The position numbers were made by a program, and so were the translations under genes. A stretch of 64,000 nucleotides of DNA, taken from contig JBAZZL010000003.1 of assembly GCA_041658785.1 (NCBI GenBank), positions 639-64,638 of the forward strand, given 5' to 3'. Source of the DNA: Patescibacteria group bacterium. GTDB lineage: Bacteria; Patescibacteriota; Patescibacteriia; Magasanikbacterales; UBA922. The notes beneath the pieces are model-generated. The model worked only from the letters and a program-made list of their open reading frames with translations. It was not told the origin of the DNA and made no database searches. Shown here piece by piece: positions 1 through 8,190 of the stretch (position 1 is the stretch's first letter; each line of letters starts with the position of its first letter).

Positions 1-705
1 TTCCCGGGCCGCCGCCCTCTGCGCTTCGTGGGCGCGGACGACCGCCTGCCGGATAAGCTCGCCGCCGGCCCCCCACTCCTTGGATCCAGACTTCTCCTGG
101 AGAATCCGGAAAACCATGGAGCGCAGGTTGCGGGCCCCGCGTTTGGCGAACTGGTTCTCCTCCGGCAGGGGGAACTTCTCAATCCACCGGCCAATGAAGT
201 CCCCGACCACCCACCGAGCGCGGCTGGGCTTGCGCAGAAGCCTGCCCGGCCGGATTCCTCCGGCGAGCGGGTCCGCAAGCCTGGCGTCGACCCAGGCCTG
301 GAGCTCGGCCATGTCGGCCGGCTCACGCTCCCTCCGCGACTTGGCCTCCGCCTCCTGAGACAAGCGGAGCCGACGCTGCTCCTCCTGCCTCTCCCGCTCC
401 TTTTCCCTGCCGGCTGCGGTCAGCTCGGAGAGCGTCACCGTCGCGGACAGGGCGACACCCTGAAAGTTAGCCGACATCCTAAACTGCCGGTGAAGACAGA
501 GGCCGTCCTCCGACAGTCTGGATTCTTCCCCGCCAACACGGACATCAACTTCTGTGGACGGCGTCCAACCGTCCGTTGCTTCGAACAAGAACTTTCCGTT
601 AAACCCCGCCTTGGCGGGGCGAAAGTCCACCAACTTCCCCTCACGGTTGAGGTGAGCGGTGCCCACCGCGCCGTTCTGGGATGTCCAAATCTTCTTGATC
701 GCCAT
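1..705 (-). CDS. hypothetical protein, 5' partial: the ORF runs off the window start. Translation begins MAIKKIWTSQNGAVGTAHLNREGKLVDF... and the C-terminal half is a charged coiled coil
   Basis: Minus-strand frame is open from the ATG at 705 to position 1 with no stop. A strong SD, GGAGGAGAAACC, precedes the ATG. GC3-rich codon usage fits this high-GC block. The ORF track omitted it because it has no in-window stop. Confidence 0.5.
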   Translation of the reverse strand, partial: MAIKKIWTSQNGAVGTAHLNREGKLVDFRPAKAGFNGKFLFEATDGWTPSTEVDVRVGGEESRLSEDGLCLHRQFRMSANFQGVALSATVTLSELTAAGREKERERQEEQRRLRLSQEAEAKSRREREPADMAELQAWVDARLADPLAGGIRPGRLLRKPSRARWVVGDFIGRWIEKFPLPEENQFAKRGARNLRSMVFRILQEKSGSKEWGAGGELIRQAVVRAHEAQRAAARE

Positions 706-854
706 GGTTTCTCCTCCTGTTTCCCACACTTCATGGCAAAAGCGCGGGAGTTGTTTTCTCATCCCGTCCCAACAACATCGTTGAGCCGGGAAGTTGAAGC
801 CCGAACCGTTAACCTCCAGTTTGACGGTTCGGGTAAAGGTGGCGCCGGCGCGCG

Positions 855-1274
855 TCAGAATCTGTCGAGCACATTGCCGAGATCTTTGACCTCGAGCATG
901 GCCCGCAAATCTTCGGGCAGGCGCGCGATCGCCTTCTTCGTGCCGGTGGACATGGCATCCACATGCACGCGAGTGAATCCGCGCTCGCGGCACCGCTCTA
1001 CGGTCGCCCGCATAAGCTCTGTGCCGTAACCCAAGCCGCGAGCGCCCGGAACAACATAGAGCCCGACGATCGCGGGCGTGCCATTTGATCCTTGCTCGCC
1101 CTGCGGCGCGATGGTCGCGGCGCCATAGACGCAGCCGTTCTCCTCAATCAGCACCGCTTCGTCGCAGCACGAGAAGCGGTCGCCGACAAAGAGAATAGCC
1201 GCAACCGGACAGATCGGCCGGCTGTGCAACCACTCCGAAAACTCGCTCATTGAAACGATGCGGGTATCCCTCAT
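855..1274 (-). CDS. GNAT family N-acetyltransferase
   Basis: 139 aa. Acetyl-CoA-binding motifs (VVPGARGLGYGTELM, RERGFTRVHVD). GGAGGAGG RBS directly upstream of the ATG. Confidence 0.8.
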   Translation of the reverse strand: MRDTRIVSMSEFSEWLHSRPICPVAAILFVGDRFSCCDEAVLIEENGCVYGAATIAPQGEQGSNGTPAIVGLYVVPGARGLGYGTELMRATVERCRERGFTRVHVDAMSTGTKKAIARLPEDLRAMLEVKDLGNVLDRF

Positions 1275-1487
1275 CGCCTCCTCCTTTCTAAAGTTGAAAG
1301 AACCACTCGCGCCGCCGAGCCCATCTCGGTTCGCGGATTTTTCCCCTGAAACTTTCGCTTCAGGGGCTTCCGGAAAATCAAAGTATTTTTGATTCTCTGG
1401 AAGATTTGAAATAATTTACGGAGTGATCCCGACTTAGTCGGGACCAGTTTGTCACGTGCTTCGTGTCGCGTAATCATGTCGCGTAAT

Positions 1488-1516
1488 TTGACGGCTAGTT
1501 TTTCCCCTGTTATACT
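1488..1516 (+). promoter_or_regulatory. sigma70-type promoter TTGACG-N17-TATACT with a TTTTCCCCTGT spacer box, ATG 8 nt downstream
   Basis: Consensus hexamers read directly. The same spacer box recurs at 3277, 6883 and 7590. Confidence 0.5.
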
Positions 1517-1524
1517 GGCAAGGT

Positions 1525-1740
1525 ATGACTACCAAACAATTAACTAAACAACTCAACCGGATCGGACAATTAGAAAAGGAACTACAATTGCTTAAAATCG
1601 TTGTTTTTAAAGCTCTGCCCAAACAAACCGGACGGACTTCTTCTGCTCACGCGGAAAGGACTCTGCTAAAAGCCGCGAAAGACGTCCGGAATGATCTTTG
1701 GCAATCACGCTATGCCAAAAAAGTTGCGCGTGTTTCTTGA
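1525..1740 (+). CDS. small putative antitoxin, partner of the PIN toxin
   Basis: 71 aa basic, helical ORF. It overlaps the downstream PIN gene by ~29 nt and sits behind a consensus promoter. Confidence 0.45.
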   Translation: MTTKQLTKQLNRIGQLEKELQLLKIVVFKALPKQTGRTSSAHAERTLLKAAKDVRNDLWQSRYAKKVARVS

Positions 1741-2146
1741 TACCAGCGCGATTTTAGCTGGGCTTAACTCGCCAAATGGAGCCGCCGGCATAATTCTGGC
1801 GGCTTGTTTTGTTCATGAAGCTATTCCGGTTATCTCCCCTCAAGTCGTTGAGGAGGCCGAACGGGTAATCGCTCAAAAATTTCCAAGGTTATTCGCCGGC
1901 TGGATCATTTTTTTGCTTATACCGCCGCAAATCGCTTCTCCACCTACTCTGGCTCAAGTAAGAAAGGCCTATCGTGTCCTGCCGACAAACGACGCGCCTA
2001 TTCTCGCCGCCGCTCTCAACACCCGCCCTGACGCTCTGGTAACTTGGAACACGCGCGACTTCATGCGTCCGGCAGTGGTGGAGGCATCGCCTTTTCCCAT
2101 TTTGCGGCCGGGTGAATTTCTGCGCCTGCTCCAACGCGGCAACTAA
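1712..2146 (+). CDS. PIN-domain ribonuclease (VapC-like toxin)
   Basis: Acidic PIN residues are present: VFLDTSAI, NDAPILAAAL, TWNTRDF. Typical toxin-antitoxin overlap with the upstream small ORF. Confidence 0.7.
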   Translation: MPKKLRVFLDTSAILAGLNSPNGAAGIILAACFVHEAIPVISPQVVEEAERVIAQKFPRLFAGWIIFLLIPPQIASPPTLAQVRKAYRVLPTNDAPILAAALNTRPDALVTWNTRDFMRPAVVEASPFPILRPGEFLRLLQRGN

Positions 2147-2492
2147 TCCCGCGGCAACCGGCAAAATAACAGACACTATCGGTATTTTTTGTTTTTTTGG
2201 AATGTAATGAACGTTGTCACCAGTCACAAGACACATGCCACGCATCATCCCTGCGATTTGTAAGCGCGGCTCACAGCTTACAACGCAAGCAAGCGCCGGT
2301 CATGGCGCTTGCGCTGGGCTCCGATTGAGCCGCGCAACCACCACGAAGGCGGCCAACGGAACCTCGCGAGAGTCCCCTTGACCGATGGTGGTTGCTTTGT
2401 TTAATTGTTTAATTGTTTAATTGTTACATTGTCAAATTGTTACATTGTTATTATGTTGTCGGTGTTGCAGTGTTGCAGCGCTGTCGTCTTAT

Positions 2493-3155
2493 TTACTTCA
2501 CCGTTACCCGTTTGTCCCAATATTCAACTGATTTTTTATACTCCTCGGGGTCAAGCGGCACGCCGCTGCCGCCGTATTCTTTGCCCAGAGCGTTACGGAG
2601 CATTGTTGTCGGATCAATCGGTTCTGCTTCCGGCGTGGGCAGGCCCATAATTTTCACAATCCCCCAATCGGCCGCGGGCACATCCGCCTCGCCGCTCGCT
2701 TCCGCTTCTTTTCGCAGTTGATCCTGGCGGTAAAGAACGATTCCCAAATAATTTGCCGCAGGCGTCTCCACTCCTTCGGCCCAGCGCGTCAAAACTGGCA
2801 GTTCATTTTCACGGCGCGCCTCAAAACCGTTCCGAATTTCCCCCCGATTTTCGTCCGTGATTTCCACGGAACCCACCCGCGCGTCGGTAAAATTTTCCAC
2901 AAAGAGCAGGCGGCAAAAATCGGCATATCCGGGCTTTACTGTTGCCCCGGCCAAGCGCGCCGCCAGCTCCTGTTCAAACTCTTCCGGCGTATGGCTGGAA
3001 ATTTTCGTGCCGGCAAAATCTTTTTTAAAATGCCGCTTGACGAATTCAGTCATGCCGGCGGACGAAATCGTCAACCCCTCTTTTTGCTCGGCGTCAGAAT
3101 GTTCCGCGTTCACGGACGGCCGCTCGCCGGTATTTTCGTTGGTCATAGGTGTCAT
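2493..3155 (-). CDS. hypothetical protein
   Basis: 220 aa ORF, acidic, balanced composition, no recognisable motif. It lies between repeat-rich intergenic regions. Confidence 0.45.
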   Translation of the reverse strand: MTPMTNENTGERPSVNAEHSDAEQKEGLTISSAGMTEFVKRHFKKDFAGTKISSHTPEEFEQELAARLAGATVKPGYADFCRLLFVENFTDARVGSVEITDENRGEIRNGFEARRENELPVLTRWAEGVETPAANYLGIVLYRQDQLRKEAEASGEADVPAADWGIVKIMGLPTPEAEPIDPTTMLRNALGKEYGGSGVPLDPEEYKKSVEYWDKRVTVK

Positions 3156-3276
3156 AGATAATGTGAGTTAAGAATAAATACGATAATTATATCATGTAAC
3201 GTGTAGCGTGTAACTTGTAACGTGGCGCACATTTTTAAAAATAGAATATCCACATTCCGCAACGGGAAAATGATAT

Positions 3277-3305
3277 TTGACAATCATTTTTCCCCCTGTT
3301 ATACT
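3277..3305 (+). promoter_or_regulatory. consensus promoter TTGACA-N17-TATACT (TTTTCCCCCTGT box) for paralog A, leaderless or near-leaderless
   Basis: Exact -35 and -10 hexamers. The ATG lies 9 nt after the -10. Confidence 0.55.
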
Positions 3306-3313
3306 CATTTTAT

Positions 3314-3595
3314 ATGAACCAAACATCAGACCCGACAATCAAAGACGTTATGGAGGTCGTTGAATTCATCCGTGACAATGCCGCGACTAAGGATGACGTC
3401 CAGGCAGTTAGAGCCGAGCTACAAAAAGAAATCCAAGACGCTAAAAATGAAACGATCGGCCATATTGATGGTTTTGTCAAACTGCACAAAGACATGGACA
3501 CTGAAATCGCCGCACTCAAATCATCTTACCAGCGGCACGAAGAGCAAATCAGCCAAATCGTCCGCCACCTCGGCCTCCAATTGTCTAATGGCTGA
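3314..3595 (+). CDS. small coiled-coil protein, paralog A of a DUF1640-like ATKDD(L/I) repeat family
   Basis: 93 aa. The N terminus MNQTSDPTIKDV and the C terminus SQIVRHLGLQLS are shared with the ORFs at 6921 and 7627. Identical promoter and start context. Confidence 0.7.
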   Translation: MNQTSDPTIKDVMEVVEFIRDNAATKDDVQAVRAELQKEIQDAKNETIGHIDGFVKLHKDMDTEIAALKSSYQRHEEQISQIVRHLGLQLSNG

Positions 3596-3612
3596 TCTGA
3601 TTTACCGCCAGT

Positions 3613-3640
3613 AATCCCGATGCTATCGGGTTTTTTGTTT
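3613..3640 (+). terminator. intrinsic terminator AATCCCGA-TGCTA-TCGGG followed by TTTTTTGTTTTTTG
   Basis: Hairpin followed by a T-run. A TGTAATGAAC tail motif is also seen after 2200 and 8070. Confidence 0.6.
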
Positions 3641-3695
3641 TTTGTAATGAACACAATTATTTTTTTCAATCGATAACTTTCGCAACGAACTTTGG

Positions 3696-3744
3696 GCGGT
3701 AACCCGCACCTCATCCCCTGCCCTTCTCCTAAAAGGAGAAGGGA
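3696..3744 (+). repeat. fragment (left half) of the MITE-like structured element
   Basis: CGGTAACCCGCACCTCATCCCCTGCCC...hairpin matches the copies at 31411 and 43958. Confidence 0.45.
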
Positions 3745-3839
3745 GCAATCCAACGATCTTTTGATTTTCCGATCTTTTGATCTTCAATCACCCCATCACC
3801 CCATCCTCCTCCACAATCCCTGAATTATCAGAAACTTTG

Positions 3840-4140
3840 GAAGGTGGCGAAGCGAGTGAAGCTTCGCCGCCAAGTGCGTCCAACGAGGGATTAGGAAATC
3901 CCGAATTGTTGGACTTCCCCGCCATGCAAATAGGCGGGGCGTTTGGTGGGAAGGCGGATCGGGAATTAGGTCGTCCGATCCGCCGCGTACTGCGGTGGCC
4001 CGCTTTTTGGGCTTTGGCCGGTACGCGCGGCCTGACGTCTCATCCTCTTACTGCTCCGTCGGAACGGAGCAGGGGACGTCCGCGATCGACGCGGCCCCAC
4101 CTGCCCCACCCTCGTAATGGGTGAAGATCAGGTGGCACCG
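3840..4140. repeat. GC-rich array of at least six perfect stem-loops; candidate structured RNA or a REP-like cluster
   Basis: Perfect stems at 3846-3868, 3887-3902, 3917-3939, 3953-3984 (10 bp), 4051-4072 (9 bp) and 4097-4136 (nested). Confidence 0.4.
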
Positions 4141-4440
4141 CCCATCCGCGGCGTCCCGAAAGAGAATGAGATCGTTCGGCCCGAAATCATCCACGAGGAC
4201 GACCTCGAACCGGCCCGATTCTCCGCCGGTCGTCTCACCGACCTCCACTGGCGGGCGATTTGCCAACCAGATGGCGCCGATGAGAACTGCCAACACCAGG
4301 CCAAAGAGAATGGCCCATATTGGCTCCCGGCGGAGAAGGGACAGAAGGGATCTCATCCCTTTGTCCTTTCCGCCAATCCTTATCGTGTTCCCGATTTTCA
4401 TCGGAACGGGACAAACCCGCCGGATTTCAGCAAGGGACAC
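4048..4440 (-). CDS. hypothetical small membrane protein; the start is uncertain, with M29 at 4356 as an alternative
   Basis: One clear TM helix (IWAILFGLVLAVLIGAIWLA). It is the most protein-like frame in a GC-rich block where the overlapping plus-strand ORFs look spurious. Confidence 0.3.
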   Translation of the reverse strand: MSLAEIRRVCPVPMKIGNTIRIGGKDKGMRSLLSLLRREPIWAILFGLVLAVLIGAIWLANRPPVEVGETTGGESGRFEVVLVDDFGPNDLILFRDAADGRCHLIFTHYEGGAGGAASIADVPCSVPTEQ

Positions 4441-5050
4441 CCTGCCTTATACCGGTTTTTTGGATTGGCGGATTCTCAAAGAGCGCGCTTCGCAAGCCCA
4501 GTATGGCTTTCGTTTCCTGGCACGCGCCAAGAAAACCTGCGAAGAAACACCTCTTCATTCACCCGACGCGCGATGCACGCATCACGACCCAAGTCCGCGT
4601 GTTTCGCATATCGTGTCAATGAAAAGGTGTTTGTTTTTTTATTTGAAAGAACGGAACACGAATCCTTCACACGAATTTACACAAATTATATTCGTGTGAA
4701 TTCGTGAAAAAATTCGTGTTTCCCCTTCAACCCTCAATCTTTTAATCAGCGCAATCAATGATTCAGAGTCCAAGGGGATAGATGAATGGCGTGTGCAGTG
4801 CTGTTCATCTCATCCCGAATGCGCAACTGATTCGGCAGTTGCCACCTACACGCGTAGATAACCCATCAGCGTGATCTGGGGGCAAGACAATTTATTTAAC
4901 GCCGTCTGCCGGGGCGCGCGGGTTCGCGTAGGTTAGCGTACCTACAGGAACCCGGTGGTGTACCTCACGGTGCACCTCCTTCTTGGGGTTAATCTACCTC
5001 TTGTTCCTCACTACCCCTTGAGTGAGGAGAGGTTGTCGCGGAATGCGACA

Positions 5051-5959
5051 CTACTTCGCGAACCGCCTGCATATCTCCAGCACCTGCTCGGGGATGAGCT
5101 TCGACTGGCTGCCGTCCGGGTTGCGCGGGCTACCGCCGACGGAGCTGGCGCCGCCCCAGTTCGCCGCGTGCGACTGTTCCGGGTTGACCTCGATCTCCTT
5201 CAGGGCGAGCTGCCCCAGGATCGTGTCCTTCCGGTAGTCGTCGAGCGACGTGGGCGGGCGCTTGGTGGCGCCGGGGCCGACCGCGAGCGGCACGAGGTCC
5301 GACCGCTTGGCGACGGTGTACATGAGCGTTCCGTTGGGCGCGTCCGTGAAGAGCACGCCCGCGAGGAAGCCCTGGTTGTACACGTCGTCGAAGCCGATCT
5401 TCGTCTCGACCGCCTGCCAGCAGGTCTTCGGCGACCACGCGTAGCCCTTCGACGGGCGCTCCAGACGCGCGGGCGGGGCCTGCCACTCGCCGTTGGCGTA
5501 CTGGGTCACCTTCACGAGGAAGGTTTCCAGCATAGCCACGGTCTGTGGCTCCTTGCTCCCGTAAGCCGGGGCCAGCTCGCGGTGGATGTCGTGCGGGGCG
5601 AAGATCGGGCCGTGCGCGTCGGTGAGGCCAACGCGCTCGACGAGCTCCTTCACCTTCTCCTCGTTCACGCGCTCCGGGTTGGCGAGCAACCAGACCGAGA
5701 GGCTCGTGTCCGCGTCCAGGTCGTTGATGTAGACCTGGGTGTCCTCGTCCACCACGAGCCCGAGGCGGATCGCCGTCGCCACCTGCTGGCACGTGGCCAG
5801 GGTGACGAGGCGGGTGCACGCCGCATGGTGATCAAACGAGAACTTGCGGTTCACGGCGTCGATCTGCGGGCCCTGGACGGCTCCGTCGAGCGCAATGCTG
5901 TTAGCGGGAAGGTTCGCGAAATCGACAACCTGACCGAACACGAAATTGATACGCGCCAT
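5051..5959 (-). CDS. hypothetical protein in a high-GC block
   Basis: ~302 aa starting at MARINFVFGQ with RBS GAGGAGGAAGAA. GC3-rich. The frames at 4955..6007(+) and 5130..5819(-) are shadows of it. Confidence 0.55.
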   Translation of the reverse strand: MARINFVFGQVVDFANLPANSIALDGAVQGPQIDAVNRKFSFDHHAACTRLVTLATCQQVATAIRLGLVVDEDTQVYINDLDADTSLSVWLLANPERVNEEKVKELVERVGLTDAHGPIFAPHDIHRELAPAYGSKEPQTVAMLETFLVKVTQYANGEWQAPPARLERPSKGYAWSPKTCWQAVETKIGFDDVYNQGFLAGVLFTDAPNGTLMYTVAKRSDLVPLAVGPGATKRPPTSLDDYRKDTILGQLALKEIEVNPEQSHAANWGGASSVGGSPRNPDGSQSKLIPEQVLEICRRFAK

Positions 5960-6479
5960 TTCTTCCTCCTCTCGGAGACTCCTGCGGACAAACCCACCCA
6001 TGGCTAGGTGGGAGGAGTGCCCTTGCGGGCTTGTTTCTGCTTGTCCGCTTAGCCATATCCCATCCCCCGCAAAAGCGAAGAAATTTTTCCCCACACCATG
6101 CGGGGAGGGATATTTTGGAAAAGGCATCTCGGGTCGGCTTCTGCCCCGAGTTACCTACCCTAAATCACTCAACACGATTTACACACTTCACAAAACATCT
6201 GCATTCGCATTTGTTTCGTGCTGTATGTCTCGTGCCTCGTGAAAAAAGGATTCGATCTGTCCGCCCTCTCGAGCGCCACGGAACTTCCCCGCGGTATTAC
6301 TGCCCAGAGCCAGACGACAATTCAGCTTGCGCCGAACTTCGCGAGGCATTTTTATTTTTACAACGTCATTGGTTGGACGTTGGTTTTATTAAATTTTATA
6401 GAACAAGAGCCTGTCTGCGGCTCTCGCGAAACTTTTTTCTCAAAAAATCTTGCGAGAACCCCGGAACACGAATTTTTCC

Positions 6480-6580
6480 GCCATCGCGGAGTATGGAATT
6501 GAACGCAGCGAAGCGAAGTGAAATTTCATTCGCCGCGGCGTAAATGGCGGAATTTCACTTCGTTCAATTCCGCACTCCAC
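6480..6580. repeat. long imperfect inverted repeat (~25-bp arms, GGAATTGAACG..AAGTGAAATT) around a CGCCGCGGCG core
   Basis: Arms at 6487-6518 and 6552-6576 are reverse complements apart from a 9-nt insertion. Confidence 0.4.
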
Positions 6581-6624
6581 AACAATAAGACAATACGGAA
6601 GAATAACATCGGAATGTCAATCTT

Positions 6625-6653
6625 TTGACAAGCGCCATGCTCTTTGATATGCT
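6625..6653 (+). promoter_or_regulatory. promoter TTGACA-N17-TATGCT, 8 nt before the ATG at 6662
   Basis: Hexamers read directly. Confidence 0.45.
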
Positions 6654-6661
6654 ATTGTTAT

Positions 6662-6886
6662 ATGACTCACGCCCAGGCCGCAACGCTTACCAAACACGTT
6701 CAAACGTTGAATCGCGAAGTCGCTCTTTTGCGTTCTTTTATGATTGGCATGACGCATGATCCGGAAGGCGATTACCGTCCGTCGTTTGTCAAAACAATTC
6801 GCAAACGTACTATATCATCTGAATCGCGCCAGCGCTTTCTTGGAAAAGAGGCGTTCCTTGCCGAGCTCAAAAAGAGAGCAATTTGA
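6662..6886 (+). CDS. small hypothetical protein (74 aa)
   Basis: ORF with a leaderless-type promoter. Its stop codon TGA lies inside the -35 box of the paralog B promoter. Confidence 0.4.
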   Translation: MTHAQAATLTKHVQTLNREVALLRSFMIGMTHDPEGDYRPSFVKTIRKRTISSESRQRFLGKEAFLAELKKRAI

Positions 6887-6912
6887 CAAACCAATTTCAC
6901 GCCTGTTATACT
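6883..6912 (+). promoter_or_regulatory. promoter TTGACA-N18-TATACT for paralog B
   Basis: Same TATACTCATTTTATATG start context as at 3300. Confidence 0.5.
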
Positions 6913-6920
6913 CATTTTAT

Positions 6921-7277
6921 ATGAACCAAACATCGGACCCGACAATCAAAGATGTCATGGAGGTCGTAGAATTCATCCGCGATAATGCCGCGACCAAAGA
7001 CGATATTAAAAATTTCGCGACCAAAGATGATCTTAAGAACCTCGCGACCAAGGACGACTTAAAGAACTTCGCGACCAAAGACGATCTGCAAAACTTTGCC
7101 ACCAGGGACGATCTTAGAAATGCTAAAGATGAAATGATCGGCCATATTGATGGTTTCATTAAACTGCACAAGGACATGGACACTGAAATCGCCGCGCTCA
7201 AATCATCTTACCAGCGGCACGAAGATCAAATCAGCCAAATCGTCCGCCACCTCGGTCTCCAATTGTCTGCCGCCTAA
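6921..7277 (+). CDS. small coiled-coil protein, paralog B, with a 5x ATKDDLKNF tandem repeat expansion
   Basis: The N and C termini match paralog A. The repeats read ATKDDIKNFATKDDLKNLATKDDLKNFATKDDLQNFATRDDLRN. Confidence 0.7.
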   Translation: MNQTSDPTIKDVMEVVEFIRDNAATKDDIKNFATKDDLKNLATKDDLKNFATKDDLQNFATRDDLRNAKDEMIGHIDGFIKLHKDMDTEIAALKSSYQRHEDQISQIVRHLGLQLSAA

Positions 7278-7292
7278 GTCCGACAAACCCAT

Positions 7293-7478
7293 ATGGATAG
7301 AAACTCTGCCAAACCCACAATCGCTCCTCACGTCCCCTACCATCTTACGCCAGAAGGAATTGCGCTGACTCACCGAAAATTTGAGCTGGAAAAGCAAATG
7401 CTTTTGCGCGATTATGCTAAGCTGGAAAGAAAAATCAAGCAGATTGCGGACCATCTTGGTCTAAAGTTCAAGTCCTAA
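7293..7478 (+). CDS. degenerate C-terminal fragment of the same paralog family (61 aa)
   Basis: The C terminus KQIADHLGLKF resembles the SQIVRHLGLQL of paralogs A-C. Confidence 0.3.
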   Translation: MDRNSAKPTIAPHVPYHLTPEGIALTHRKFELEKQMLLRDYAKLERKIKQIADHLGLKFKS

Positions 7479-7589
7479 CTTTTCTAACACTTTGATTGAT
7501 AGAAAATACTTTTTTCACCACCGTTTCTATTGAACCGAAATTCAGCACAAACTGTGATGAAATTTTAACGGAAGAATAATATAATAATA

Positions 7590-7619
7590 TTGACAATCAA
7601 TTTTCCCCCTGTTATACTC
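7590..7619 (+). promoter_or_regulatory. promoter TTGACA-N18-TATACT for paralog C
   Basis: Near-identical to the 3277 cassette. Confidence 0.55.
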
Positions 7620-7626
7620 GTTTTAT

Positions 7627-8007
7627 ATGAACCAGACATCAGACCCGACAATCAAAGACGTACTGCAAGAGCTGAAAGAAAATAGAGAAATAATCGAGTT
7701 CATCCGCGACAACGCCGCGACCAAAGATGACATCGCCGACATCCGCAGAGAGATGGCGACCAAAGATGACATCGCCGACATCCGCAGAGAGATGGCGACC
7801 AAAGATGATTTGCGATTGGTGAAGACAGAACTGCGGCAGGAAATTCAGGATGCCAAAAATGAAATGCTTACTCATGTAGATGCTTTCGTGGGCTTGTACC
7901 AAAAACACGAACAAGAACTCGCCGCCGTAGTGGCTCGCGTCAATCGTTTTGAAGAAAAATTAAACGCCGTCATCAAACACCTCGGCCTCCAGCTTGAGAC
8001 CGCGTAA
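7627..8007 (+). CDS. small coiled-coil protein, paralog C, with the repeat ATKDDIADIRREM in three copies (the third partial)
   Basis: 126 aa. Conserved MNQTSDPTIKDV...IKHLGLQL termini with a different repeat array. Confidence 0.7.
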   Translation: MNQTSDPTIKDVLQELKENREIIEFIRDNAATKDDIADIRREMATKDDIADIRREMATKDDLRLVKTELRQEIQDAKNEMLTHVDAFVGLYQKHEQELAAVVARVNRFEEKLNAVIKHLGLQLETA

Positions 8008-8120
8008 ACGACTCGCGCGCTCCATGCTTCTCCGCTCCAAACCCTGGCCATTCGCCGGGTTTTTTATTTTGTAATGAACAATCTCACTAGTCACCAGCCG
8101 AATACCACGAATCACTTAAA

Positions 8121-8190
8121 AGTGTCTCGTGATATGTGCCTTGTGTCTCGTGACATGTCTCGTGCTGCGTGTCTCGTGCCTCGTGATAAA
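8121..8190 (+). repeat. 5x degenerate direct repeat GTCTCGTG
   Basis: Read directly. A related tract lies at 6222-6245. Confidence 0.5.

Noticed and set aside
28-1029. 333-aa plus-strand ORF
   Set aside because: It has Arg/Pro/Leu-rich shadow-frame composition in a high-GC block. The opposite strand carries a better ORF (complement 1..705) with a strong SD and protein-like sequence.
4117-4707. Overlapping 196-aa and 192-aa plus-strand ORFs
   Set aside because: They are overlapping alternative frames in GC-rich, repeat-rich sequence, with non-protein-like composition and no RBS.
4955-6007. 350-aa plus-strand ORF and the 229-aa minus-strand ORF at 5130..5819
   Set aside because: Both are R/G/A-rich shadow frames of the high-GC gene at complement(5051..5959), which has an RBS and a balanced composition.
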